Shown: positions 23,801-36,683 of the stretch, in pieces | How the letters are laid out: each line of letters opens with the position of its first letter | Position numbering within the stretch: the stretch's first letter is position 1 | From: Octopus sinensis | Lineage: Eukaryota | DNA length: 64,000 bases | Reading direction: 5' to 3' | Assembly (NCBI RefSeq): GCF_006345805.1 | Contig: NC_042999.1 | Span: 172,608,001 to 172,672,000 of the forward strand | Translations under genes and position numbers: made by a program | The notes under the pieces: model-generated | What the model was told of the DNA's origin: nothing | The model's database searches: none | The model's input: only the letters and a program-made list of their open reading frames with translations

Positions 23801-26617
23801 ATATTTATGCATATATATATGTGCGGGGTGGGTGAATGGGTGTGGGTGTGTGGTTGTGAGTGTGTATATATGTGTGTGTGCACGTGAGTGTGAGTGCGTG
23901 CGTGTGTATGTATGTGTATGTTTGTATGAGTATATGTATGCAATTTTTCTGCAGAGAGATTTTTCCTTCCCTTTATACTAACATCTTTCCCTCTACTGCA
24001 CAATATATCCAAAGTAGATTCATTACTCAGTATTCAGTGTGATCGTGTTATGTTGCACAGAAAATGGCAAGATAGTGCTGATGTTGTTTACCCTGTTGAT
24101 CAGCAGTTTTTAGCAAACTACAAAGTACCGTGTGTATTAGTAACATTTATGATCACATAAATAATCTAACGTCTCTATTCCTTATTTAGCTCGTAAGATG
24201 CGATACAAAGGAAACTACATTTTTATTTCTAGCATGCCAGACAATTACATATTCAGCCATCGCTATCCAGTATGACTATAAATATCGCTGACCTCAGTGA
24301 CAGAGAGAAAGGTCGCTAGGGACAGAGCATGACTATGGATGTTTATCTGCAGTTATTAGTAGCTTGAAGCATCTGAAGATGATCAATGACGCTAATGATA
24401 TTTATGATGTTGCATAAATGGTAGCGTGTATATGTACCATATGCTGGTCCATGCGGTGTGAGAGAAGCAGCAACTTTGTGATATTGCTAGTCTGTTGTTT
24501 CCCTAGAAGTTTGCAGATGAATTGGTTATAGTCTGGTAATTGCTGTGAAGTCTGAATGAAACTTGGTATCAGAAACACCTGTACAGAGTTCTTTCATTTC
24601 AGTATTATTATGTTGTATATCTGGACTATTAATGTGATCTGGTGGTTTGTGCACTGCATACTATAATTTTAATTCTTTGTGCGATCTTTTCTGTTATTTG
24701 TTTAATTGATTTTATGAGTGGTAGGTATGCAGAACAAAGTTAATTATTGATCGAATACTTAGTTTGGAAGCCACTGTCGTTTATTTTCCTTGTCCAAATT
24801 TGGACGCAAGAATGATACTTTCAGAAACCCATTTACTCTTTCATTAATTTCCTGAGAAGTTCACATACTCTTTCCATGGCCTTTTGCCAGATATATTGAG
24901 GATTATATCACAGATATTCCCATTGTGACATTTGCATGCTTAGAATCACTTAGCAGTTGATCAATGCCCTAAAAGATATAAACCATTTACGAAAGGAACA
25001 TTGAATTCTATTACGTGAACGTCTTACCTTGGTTGAAACATGAAGTTTGCATCATGTTTCCAAACCTAGTTTCTTTGAACCCTGTTGTTAATGTTTCAAG
25101 GTGTACTCTTTGAAAAGTTTGGCAGCGTTACTTGAAATTGCTACAGTGGAAGAATGTATACGTTCAAAATATTGGTTCACAGTTCCAATAGCATAGAAGA
25201 TTTATAATAATATTTGATACTTTTACCTCTGTTCGTTTTCAAATTTGTTTATACTCCTAAAGTATTCTTTAATTTTGATTGTTATTTATCTATAAAATTC
25301 GAAATATATTCGAATAGTAAACAGATTAACTGTATGTACGATGGCAGATGAGTGTTGCGTGGTGATAAAGTACAAACGTGTTTGCATTAGATGGTTACCG
25401 CAAGCAAAAATGACTGGAAGATGAAGAGGTCATTAGACGCGAGAGCAGCAAGGACACCTGTGTAAGTGGACCTGAGACGTGAGTGGCAAGGAGGGGGGAC
25501 TGTAAAAGCGGAATATATGTGAATTACGAAGCGCATATCTGTGTATGAAGGTAATGTGCCGATGTGGTGGTCCAAGTATTTATACATGTGCCCGTGTTTT
25601 CTATTAAAGTGTGTGTATGTTGCTACCTAACGTACGTATATATGTGTATATGTGTAGGGTACATGTGCTAGAGCGCGCGTGTGTGTGTATATTCCGTGTG
25701 TTTGCGCGAATTTTGTGTAGATACGTGTGTGAATCTTGTTTTCTGTTTTTGTATGGTTGTAAGTCATACATATGTGCATGTGTGTTCAATTGTTACCCGT
25801 TTCCTTCTTACAACGAAGGAGCTGGTTTCTAAAAAAGGTGCAATGCATATTGTAGTCATAGATAAAGTCTGGCAAAAATTCAAAGACGGAATGCTCAAGT
25901 TCGAACGCATATAATCATAGATGAACGCGGCTAGGGCTTACCCGAATTTCGATACTTGGTTTTAGTTGTACCATTACCCTTTTAATAAATAACAGTATGT
26001 TGTCATCTCCCTAGCCTGCATATTTGCAGAATAATCTACATTTAGGAAGTTATAACAAAATATTTTTATTATTCATGCTGCAACAAGTAAGGCTTAAAAT
26101 TTATGTTAAGACGACCCCATAGATTCAATTTCGTTTGTGAAACTAACACTTTTCGCTTTAACTTATAATTCTTAGGGGGGGAAATATGAACTTCTAAATT
26201 TCATGCAGCCCTTTTTACTTCAATACAAGGCCTTTGCGTCTTGTTAACAGAAAGAACGTGTTACTGGTGTATGAAATCCAGTGAAGCAGTAACTGTTCTT
26301 CATTTGAAATTTCCTGTAACTAAACACATCTACATATTGCCAAGTAAAAACTACATCAAAGGCAACGAAGGTTTATGCTCCACTGAATATAATATCGCCT
26401 TCTGTTTCACTATGATTCTGTTGACTGTATTACATACTTACATATTACTACAAATAAAAAAAAAATACTACATCCTAAATATGTTGATATTATGTGTATT
26501 TGAATATATTTGTATGTATAAACACAGACACACACATACATACCCATAAGTAACTATATCTACATCTGTATGTATGAAGGTTATGTGTGTATGTATATAT
26601 GCACGTATGTATGCATG

Positions 26618-26686
<69 letters not shown>

Positions 26687-27536
26687 ATATTATATATATA
26701 TATATAATATATATATATATATATTATTATATATATATAAGGAGATCTCTAGGAAGAATCTTACAGGACTGGAATGAAATCGAGTCAATGGATTTAGATT
26801 AACCTGCATTTGAGAAAAAAATAATAAAATATACATGTATATATACATATACTCACACACTTATATGTATACATACCTATATATTCATATATAATCACAC
26901 ACACAAACACACACAAACGCACATGTAGGGAGACGATGAGAGTGAGTGAAGAAAAGAGAAAGGAAGAAAAAGAATGAGAGAAAAATAAAAGGACTGATAC
27001 ATATATAAAGATAAAGCTGGTTGCAGGCCAAAAACCATTACTCGTGCATTGATTTGTGTATGTTTATGTGCATCTAAATGTGCTGTGTGTTTGTGTCTCT
27101 CTGTCTACATGCCTTTGAGAAAATGGGGAGGGAGAGAGAGGGAGGCAGGTACTGAAAGACAGGTAGAGAGACAGACGGACACGAAACCCTTTAGTGCATT
27201 GAGAAGTAGACACGATCGTTAACTCTATTAAATATACCGAATAAAATTAAACATATTTGAAACCAATTTAGCAGAAAGTACAGAAGCGGTGGATTAAATT
27301 CCTTAATACATCTTATATCCATAGGTTCAATATTATAAATTTATCGCGCTAAAGTTTTTCAATATTTATAATGATTATAACCGATAATACTAATTAGTTA
27401 TATTATTATCCTTCTTATCAGTAATATCATCATCATCATCATCATCATCATTCTTATTATAATTATTGTTGTTCTTTTTGAAATTAAGTTTATTTTTTTT
27501 ATTACTGATATCATTATTACTGCTACGCATACGACT

Positions 27537-27757
27537 AAGGTGGCGACCTGGCGGAAGCATTAGCACGCCGGGCGAAATGCTTAGCAGCTTTTCGTCTGTC
27601 TTTACGTTCTGAGTTCAAATTCAGCCGAGGCCGACTTTGCCTTTCATCTCTTTCGGGGTCGACAAATTTTGTACCAGTGTCGTACAGGGGCCGATCTAGT
27701 TGACTGGCCCCATCCCCAAACATTTCTGGCCTTGTGCATATATTAGAAAAGATTATT
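27537..27757 (+). mobile_element. SINE family A
   Basis: GCACGCCGGGCGAAATGCTTAGC, GAGTTCAAATTC-GCCGAGG, GACTTTGCCTTTCATC, CTGGCCTTGTGC..TAGAAAAGATTATT. Confidence 0.85.
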
Positions 27758-28086
27758 AATGCTACGACAACTAATATTTATTATTATCATAGTAATAATA
27801 ATGATAACGATAATCCTTTCTATTGGAGGCACAAGGCTTCAAGTGCAAAAAGTGCATGCTCCCTATACAATCGCCCTAATATATTGGGGAATTGCTACTT
27901 AATCCTCATAAGAGGATTACCTGGGCTGAATCCGATGATCTCATTGCTACGTCGAAATATCGTTTTTATTGTAAGGAAGACTATATATTTGTATAATCTT
28001 AATATATTCGTAGTGAAGCTGTATTGATATATTTATATATTTTAATGTAATCTATATTTTTATTGCGTGATTTTATGCACATAATT

Positions 28087-28215
28087 TTTATAACGGAACA
28101 TATTTAAATATATGCTTATAGGTAACCCGTCTTTTCCCATCATTATTTTTCTTATGGCCCATATGTCTTGTGTGTCCTCTATATCCAGAGAAAATTTATG
28201 TCGAAAAAATAAATA
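28087..28215 (+). repeat. Direct repeat A (second copy at about 28739-28865) flanking a templated insert
   Basis: TTTATAACGGAACATATTTAAATATA...GAGAAAATTTATGTC.AAAAAATAAATA occurs twice, with about 8 mismatches by eye. Confidence 0.9.
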
Positions 28216-28216
28216 T

Positions 28217-28739
28217 ATGATATATAAACACCATGTCGATTGGACCGTATCTCAATAGATCATACATGCATATATTACTACATCCCAAGAAGCATAACAT
28301 TATACATATATGTGCGTGCGTGGTATGTAGTGAGTTTATGTATATATGTATTTTACTCATACACACAAGCATACACATTGAAACACATGCACACATACAC
28401 ATAGATAGTGGATAATCCCATAAATAATGCGGCATTTTCAATTGCATGAACTAAAAGTTGAAAGAGGACGGAATAAACTACCTGCGTCAACTTGGTATAA
28501 AAGAAAGTAGTCATTTTACCTTGTACCTATTCTTAGTGCAAGTTTTGGAACGTGCAATTCGATTTTAAATGTTATTTTTTCAAAGTAGTAATAGAATTGG
28601 CAAAGGAGCATATTCAGCATATTTTGCTTTAAGAGTTCAATAAAGGCAAAAACACAACGGAAAGACCTAGGAATATTAATGCAGTATATGGGGATCAGAC
28701 AAAAAGCGCAAGCCAGAGTCATTGGTGGTTCCAGAAATT
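28217..28739 (+). repeat. Copy of 14784-15307 (unique flank + left end of the dead mariner)
   Basis: About 96% identical by eye; includes ~190 bp of non-element flank and the same TAA (28630) as the donor. Confidence 0.92.
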
Positions 28740-28934
28740 TTATAACGGAACATATTTAAATATATACTTATTGGTAACCCGTCTTTTCCCATCATTATTT
28801 TTCTATAGCCCATATGTCTTGTGTATCCTCTATATACAGAGAAAATTTATGTCTAAAAAATAAATAAATAAATAAATAAATATATATATATATATATATA
28901 ATATATATATATATATAGATATATATATATATAT

Positions 28935-29110
28935 ATAACGGGAAGCTTTATGAAAATAGACAAAAGACGAAGGCAGGTGGAAAACAAACAAACAATTGTA
29001 TTAGTATGGCGCTCAGGAAATATAAATAAAACAAGTCTTTAACGTTTCGAGCCTACGCTCTTCAACAGAAAGATACACAGAGAGAAAAAAAAAAAAAACA
29101 CAGAAAGAAG
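28935..29110 (-). mobile_element. Probable PLE terminal-repeat fragment carrying a variant hammerhead
   Basis: Shares its core with 55586-55755; the A-rich tail and ribozyme-like fold are typical of PLE pLTRs. Confidence 0.55.
29036..29073 (-). ncRNA. Minimal type I hammerhead-like motif, A6U core variant
   Basis: UCUUU-CUGUUGA-A-GAGC GUAG GCUC-GAA ACGU-U-AAAGA: 5-bp stem I, 4-bp stem II, palindromic ACGU in place of stem III. Confidence 0.6.
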
Positions 29111-29239
29111 GAGAGAAAAAAATGCGTGCAGTAACTAACGAATCAACATGGCGATCTGATTTCGGCCAGAAGTCAAAGATCAAACATGAGACACGAGAGC
29201 GAAATTAGGGGAGATAATAGGGTGAATGACCAGCTCCAA

Positions 29240-29585
29240 CATAAGGGTGGTGTGTGTGTGTGTGTGTTGAGAGAGAGTTTAGTGCGTATGAGAGGTCTGG
29301 ACGTGTGTATGTAAGAGTTGGTGTATGTATTAGTATGTATTAGTATGTATAAGGTGTGTGGTGTGTGTGTGTGTATGAGAGAGTATTAGTGCGTATGAGA
29401 GGTCTGGACGTGTGTATGTATAGGGTGGTGTATGTATTAGTATGTATTAGTATGTATTAGTATGTATTAGTATGTATTAGTACGTATTAGTATGTATAAG
29501 GGTGTGTGTGTGTGTGTGTGTATGAGAGAGTATTAGTGTGTATGAGAGGTCTGGACGTGTGTATGTATAGGGTTGGTGTATGTAG
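29240..29585. repeat. Higher-order minisatellite (3 units anchored by TATGAGAGGTCTGGACGTGTGTATGTA) with internal (TATGTATTAG)n and (TG)n
   Basis: Anchor motif at about 29288, 29395 and 29541; unit length varies with the number of internal 10-mers. Confidence 0.9.
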
Positions 29586-30199
29586 ACAGACAGACAGAGA
29601 TAGAGAGATTGAGAGTTAGAGAAAGGTAGAAACATAGTGAGAGAGAGATAGAGAAGGAAACGTAACAAGAAACTCAAATGTAAATGTAGATTATAAAAGA
29701 ATAATCGCCAGGAATTTATTCATTCAGGATTTGAGAACAGAATAAAGAATTTTTGAAGTTCAGGAGCTCAGTTAGAGCAAGAGACAGAGTGGGTACAGAT
29801 ATCACGTAAAATTTCCCCTATCTTTTATTTCAACAACTACTGCGTAACCATAATAACAAATTAACTCGATATTATAACTCATACTTAACGCTCGCTCTTA
29901 CTGCAACGAAAGCTAACAGAACTTGATGGTAACGAACACAAATGGGCTATACGAATCGCAGAAAGCGTATTGGAACAAGTGCTTACTTGCATAATAGAGC
30001 TATGGTATGTGCATTCCTGAAAGACACAGTAAAGTAATGATATCTAAATTCAATTAGTTTTATTTGAAATTGAACAGAAACCAGTTTAGTATCAATCAAC
30101 GTCTTGGATACAATGACAAGTATAACCAGCGAAATGAAAACTCTATATAAAACCTAAACTAACATTGAGCTACTTAAAAATAAAACTTCCCTATTCTAC

Positions 30200-30700
30200 C
30201 TCTCGAAAAATATCTCGAATAAAAGTTAATACATAAGCTTTCTTATGTGATGGAGTACCTGTTCACAGTGCCCCATGCATCTTCACACATTCTCGCGTAG
30301 AGTCAATTCAAACATATTGTGTACAACACATACCACTACAGATAAATAAAAACGGGCACAAGAGGAGGAGCAGTTTTATTCTACTTTTAAGTAATAACAT
30401 TAAACGTGCGTAACAAAACATGCCCTCTTCTTATTCAGCAAACAAATCCACAAATTCAACTATTGCCATTTACTGTACTTTGGAATAAGGCAACGCATAG
30501 TGATGCATGATTACGGACCTTGCTAAAAAATATACAATCTTAAAGTGAATAATTGCTGTCATTGGAATTGTTAAACATTTCTCCGGGATAACTTGTCTTT
30601 AAAACTAATTATTAAAACGAAGCTTGTGCAACCGGAGAAACAAAAGACAATTTATATATATTTCCTATAATTTATGGAGCAGAAACCTTATTAAATGCCA
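30200..30700 (+). mobile_element. Possible very old LINE AP-endonuclease remnant
   Basis: YR*IKTGTRGGAVLFY resembles the APE motif YRxDR...RGGGVLxY; the remainder is only weakly recognisable. Confidence 0.3.
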
Positions 30701-31376
30701 GCTATACTAGTCTGCTATAACTTTGGGAGAGCCTCACAAAGAGAACACTTTATTAATTACAATGTATATTTATCAAATGATATATAAATATCAACCTCGA
30801 GACATCCCTTGAACTGTTAAGAACTACTATCCCATACGTCAAAATGGAGTTATTACTTATTTCGTAGTAACACCTAGTAAAGACTATAGAACATTTGTAA
30901 ATCGATCTCATATCGATTAGCAACAACAAATCAACTGTAACTTTCGACTAGCCTTTACTTCAACAACTGCAACCTAATCTCTGTCGAACGTCGTTTTAAC
31001 TCCCTGGATACAAGCACATTATAATGGTATACACGAAGCTAGAAGCAAACTTATGCGCATCTGAAATTCATACATACTCACATACATACAAACAAACGTA
31101 CATGTGTATGTGTATATATATACATACACACAGAAACGTACGTAAACTAACAAACACACACAAATACAGTGCATACACACTTACATACACTCGCACAAGC
31201 ACACACACACACACATACAGGCGAGCTGCATAATTTCCGAATAATGATTGAAATATACATTAAAATAAAAATGCTAATTCGTTTTCCTCATACACCGGCA
31301 CTTAAATTCCAACCGGCACCAAATATTGATTTCTTCATTGCGCAAAGGATTATATTGCTATATATAGATATATATA

Positions 31377-31414
<38 letters not shown>

Positions 31415-31481
31415 TATATAATAATATATACATGCATATACATACATATATATATATATATATATTATATATACATAATAT

Positions 31482-31543
<62 letters not shown>

Positions 31544-31650
31544 CATATATATTCATACGTATATATATATGCATTTATATATATATATACATATGCATAT
31601 AGATATATACATATATGTGTATGTATACGTGTATATGTATATGTATGCAT

Positions 31651-31691
<41 letters not shown>

Positions 31692-32238
31692 ATATATATA
31701 TATATTTACAAATATATTTGTATGTATTTATGTATGTAAATTCTTAGGAATGTGTATATGTATACATGATTTCACATGAATTATGTACGTATATATGCAC
31801 CTTCTACGAAGCAGCAGAATATATAACTTTTTCTCCTGAAGAAAATCGATATCTCTATCGGGCGAAATTTAAGTGCTTCAGAGATAAAAAGAAATTCATG
31901 TTTATTTCAATATTTATCCCGTTTATTATATTTTTTTAGGGCAATCTTTTTACCGTTATAAGAGAAATTATACCACTGCGCTCTGCAATGAAAATATTAT
32001 TGGGCTCAAATTTGTACCTGTTTCACACATCAATATCGACCTATACAGCGGGAGAAATTATGATAATTATCAATATTTGTAGTTTGTATCACTTTGTTTA
32101 GATTATATAATAACATAAAATTAATATAATATTTATTACGTTCGGCTTCATTGGTCAGTCTGACTCGATATTGTGCGGATATTTTACGGATTTTTATTTA
32201 CTTTTGGGGATTTATTCGCTTTAGTAACACAAATATAT

Positions 32239-32640
32239 GTTGGCGTAGGAGGTGCTGTGTGGTAAGTAGTTGGTTACCAACCACATGGTTCCGGGTTATA
32301 TATACGTCGGGCTTCTTTCAGTTTCCGTCTAGCAAATACACTCACAAGGTTTTGGTCGGCCTGAAGCTATAGTAAAAGACACTTGCCCTAGGTTCCACGC
32401 AGTGGGACTGAGTCCGGAACCATGTGGTTGGGAAGCAAGCTACTTACCACACAGCCACTCCTACGCCAACGTATTATGTTTGTATACGTCCCCTTGACTT
32501 AGCAGTTCGGTAAAAGAGACTGATGGAATAAGTACTAGGCTTCCAAAGAATAAGTCCTGGGGGTCGATTTGCTCGACTAAAGGCGGTACTCCAGTATGGA
32601 CACAGTCAAATGACTGACACAAGTAAAAGAGTAAAGAGTA
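32239..32640 (+). mobile_element. SINE family B with an internal inverted duplication
   Basis: Head(+) 32239-32297, inverted 5' half(-) 32298-32470, then 3' half(+) 32471-32640. Confidence 0.85.
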
Positions 32641-32986
32641 AGTGTTGCTATGACGAATAATTTCATAATGAAGACTCCTAAGGTAGTATTCTACATACAA
32701 ATACATAAATGTATAACCACATGTATAAAAATCTGTGTGTATGTGTATGTGTGTGTGTATGTATGAGTCTATATATGTGTGCGTATGTATGTAAGTATAT
32801 AAGAAAGTGATAAATGTGAAAATGTACAGAGCACATATTAATATCATTTGATGGATGCGCTGAAAGTTCATGTCAAGGATTTAGTACACTAGATGTCATG
32901 AGACATTCAGTGAAATTGTTATGAGAATTTAAGGCAGTTTTAGTTTGTTAGATGTTTCACGTGGCTGTGTAGGGAGAACTTGACTT

Positions 32987-33065
32987 ATGTAGCCATATGT
33001 AGTGTCGTATATATGTAGCCATATGTAGTGTTGTATATTAAGTAGCCATATATAGTGTCGTATAT
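32987..33065. repeat. 26-bp minisatellite x3 (ATGTAGCCATATGTAGTGTCGTATAT)
   Basis: Three near-identical units, directly visible. Confidence 0.9.
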
Positions 33066-33149
33066 ACTGGTTTAGTAGATCATTGATTGCGTAGTGTTTG
33101 TGGTGTTATGGGCTGTGATCAGCTACGTGGTGTTGGTGGAGAGTATTGC

Positions 33150-33309
33150 AGATGAGGTAAACGGAAGTGAAGACTGCAGGGGCCGGCAGAAGATCCACGG
33201 GGGCACGCGTGGGAGAAAAGCACGTGGGGCAGTTCGATGAGAGACGGGAGCGGGCAAAGATATGATTTTTTTTCGTGACAGTGATCGCTCATCCCGCCTA
33301 GGTCAACAG
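33150..33309 (+). other. GC-rich segment ending in a consensus donor; candidate 5' exon / alternative promoter
   Basis: Locally GC/CpG-rich, with CACGTG at 33221, CAG|GTAAGG at 33309/33310, and ATG 33262 open to the donor (MIFFRDSDRSSRLGQQ). Confidence 0.3.
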
Positions 33310-34429
33310 GTAAGGTCTCTATTTCTTTCTCCCTTTTGCTTCTTTTTCTGTTGTCTTTTTCCTCCATCACACTACAGATTGTTTCCTACAATCATGCAAA
33401 TGTAGCCAAGACATTTGGAAAAGAAGCATAGTTTAAAACTATCTGTAGTATATAAGTGGTATGCAAAGCTACAATTGAAATTGGTTTCCTAAATATTTAC
33501 ATCTAATTAAATATGCTGTATTTACTGAGCGCGCGTGGGCGAGTGTATGTGTGTGCCGCGTCTGTATGCCGTGCGCGCACGTGTGTGTGTGTGTGTGCGC
33601 GCATGTGTGCATGTGTGTGTCTGCGTCTGTGCCTGTGTCTATACCGGTGTGTGTGTGTATGTCTATGTCTGCGCATATGTGTGCGTGTGTTTCCCCGTGT
33701 GCGTGTATGTCTGTGCCTGTGCCTCAGTGTGTGTGTGTGTGTGTGTGTGTCTGTCTGTCTGTGTGTCTGTGTATGTGACTATCTACCGTGCATGTGCAGA
33801 TGTGATATATAATATCGACCATCACAGCCACACACACGGGGATATTTATCGAGGACTTAGTGAAAAACTGTTCATATGATATGAAGGTTACTGAAATTTG
33901 CTATGCTGAAAATTAAAGTGGCATTCATGAAATTTTAGGAAGAGATATGATTCATTTTTATCAGCACCAATTTTAATACAACCGTGAACAGTGAATCGAA
34001 AATTATTGATAATTTCATAGCCATTTCAGGCGTGCTTTTATTAAAAAAAGAGAATTTTCTTACTTTATTAACGTTTAGTCCAAGGCATGCAGTGAACAGT
34101 GATAAAGTAGAAAGGCTAGGAATTTGCGAGATTTAATTTTTGTGAATATGACTTTACGTTCAATCAAAGATATTTGTCCAATCCCGGGATCTTGTATATG
34201 TTGTCGATAAATCGTTTATCTCATGCTTAAAGTGAGTTTGTGTAGTCGAAATTTTGTTCTACGTATCTGGTGTATTCGATAGATTATATTATACATATAT
34301 TGTTTGATGAACAATTAAGTGTTTTTCACGATAAATGTATCTCAGAGTATAAATTTAGTGTTGCATCTTGAATAAGTTCCGAAATAGCATTCAAAATGTA
34401 TATAAGTATATACCTATATGTATTCTGAT

Positions 34430-35450
34430 AAATTTATGTTGGAATTACATCATTCCTTCAAAGCCTCGGATTCTCTATTACGGGAGAAACCCTAATAAAC
34501 TCACTCAATGTCCTATATGTTACCCTCGACCAGGAATCAATTATCTATAAGCCTTACAACGAAGTTAACGAAAAATGTATATACATATACAAACCTAATA
34601 CACCAAACGCATTATCAAAAACCTAGTAAAGAATATTTCTCTGACATTCCTCTTCATGCTGAAATGACAAAAAACATAATATACGCTTTAACGAAATAGC
34701 AACTCCATATAACAAACTTCTTAATAAGAGTTTATACAAGGAAAAAGTAGAATATATAAATCACTATACTCCCACAACAAATAAAACCCGCAGGAGTATT
34801 AAAAGGAATATAGCCTGGGTTAATTCTCAATTCTGCAGAGAAATCTCATCACCAATATCTACATTAAGTTTCAAATACTACAGAAACACTTCCACCCCAA
34901 CCACAAGTATTACAAACTAATAAACTAATAAACCATCACAACAATAAAATAGTCATGCTACACTACAAAAAACTTTGAAAAAAATTTCGACAAATCGAAC
35001 TAAAAAAAATTGTCTAAAACTGATTACTAAACCACGTACGCATTAATTTGATTCATCCTACACTCAAGAAGGAAACTGCCCCTCAAAAAATACAGTATAT
35101 AACATTAAGGTAACAACGAAAATTATATCAAATACTATATCTATATAGTATTTGGTATAGATTCAATAGCAAACCAGTTAAAGACAATACAAGAAGCACA
35201 CGCACACTCCTCTCAGCTTGAACAGGAAAATGATACACCACTATTCAACAATATATGTCAATTAAATTCTCAACATATTCTGTCCAGCATCAATTGGAAA
35301 ATACTCTTACACGCACAATCATACTAACGTAAAATTAAACTCTTTTTACTAATGAATCCTACTACATCATAAAAGTAATCGGTCAAATTCTGAAATGCAA
35401 ATCTGAACTAGTTTCTTCGGGCAAGTACATCTTAAAACAAAAACAAAAAT
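34430..35450 (+). mobile_element. Decayed Penelope-like element, RT thumb + GIY-YIG endonuclease region
   Basis: Fragments NVLYVTLD, YKPYNEVNEK, FNEIATPYNKLLNKSLYKEKVEY, KRNIAWVN, HFHPNHKYYKL, INWKILLHAQSY and KSELVSS follow PLE motif order. Confidence 0.75.
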
Positions 35451-36641
35451 ACATTTCATACCAAGAATTTCTTTTAAATGTTAATCATATTATTTCCTCA
35501 CCCTCTACCCTCCTTCCACCTACTAGAATATGCATAAAAACTCAATTACAGCTTTTCACTAAACGATTAGTGCGGATTAAGTTACCCTATTACCAGCCAA
35601 TATCCTCACAAAATAGTTTCAACTATAATACCCAAGCATATATATCTATATGCAAGCAAATTGGAAGATACTTTTCTCTCTTCCATTTTAAAATTTTCTT
35701 TCTTTTGCAAATTTAAATTTTTTCTTTGTTTTCTCTTTTTTAAATTTAATTTTCTTTTTTAATGATTTTTAATTAATTTTTAAATCCTATAGGTTTTGAG
35801 CTAAATTTTATTTTTATTTTCATTTTCATAGACACCTTTTATAATTGCCTACTTTCGCATGTTTCTGGAGACATAAAATGGTATATTATAAATTGCCCAT
35901 GTTTGAAAAAGAACGGAACAAATATTCATAGACACACAATCCCAAATTTTAACACAAGTGTTAACGTTTTTATCTAATAATGAAATTGCTCATAAAAAAT
36001 TAACAACTACTACAGAGAAACGTACAGACAAATAACATTTCTACCACGCCAAATCCCCGTTATGAACATGAAAGCACAAGTAAAGCAAATTTCTATACGA
36101 ACAACAAGATGACATGTCAGACTAAGGACCCCCACTTCTCAAATAAAAGCAGGAAATACTTTAAATAGCACCACCAACAAGTAAAGAAACTGAGAAGCTA
36201 AAACATACCTACAACCTGTATCCTTTTGTGTAACCACTAAAATTCCATTACATGTTGACACAAGTTTTACATACTGAACTTTGCACCCTTGATAGTTACA
36301 TTGTCAGAACAAAGGATTGGATCATATAAAAACTGAAATAACTGTGACCACCAAATAAAAGGGTCACGTATAAATATACACATTTGCTTACAAACATGAA
36401 TGAATTCTCCACAATATCATATACCCAATTTTAAACAGTAAAATTTATCCAAAACACCTCTCCATAACAATCTACCCTAAAACTAAATTACCACTGACTG
36501 AAACCCGCACAACTAAGGAAGAGTTTAACTTAACGGAGACTATATAAAGCGACGATTAACTTCAGTTTATCACAGTCCGAGCTTGCTGTCAATAACATTC
36601 TTATTTTAGAATAGATAAATACACACACATATTACATAAAT

Positions 36642-36683
<42 letters not shown>

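Noticed and set aside
25391-25461. Possible exon MVTASKNDWKMKRSLDARAARTP ending at GTAAGT
   Set aside because: Moderate acceptor, poor exonic donor context, peptide unrecognised; not supportable without RNA data.
26251-26343. Possible 93-nt exon (E)RTCYWCMKSSEAVTVLHLKFPVTKHIYILP
   Set aside because: Donor GTAAAA is weak and no homology was recognised.
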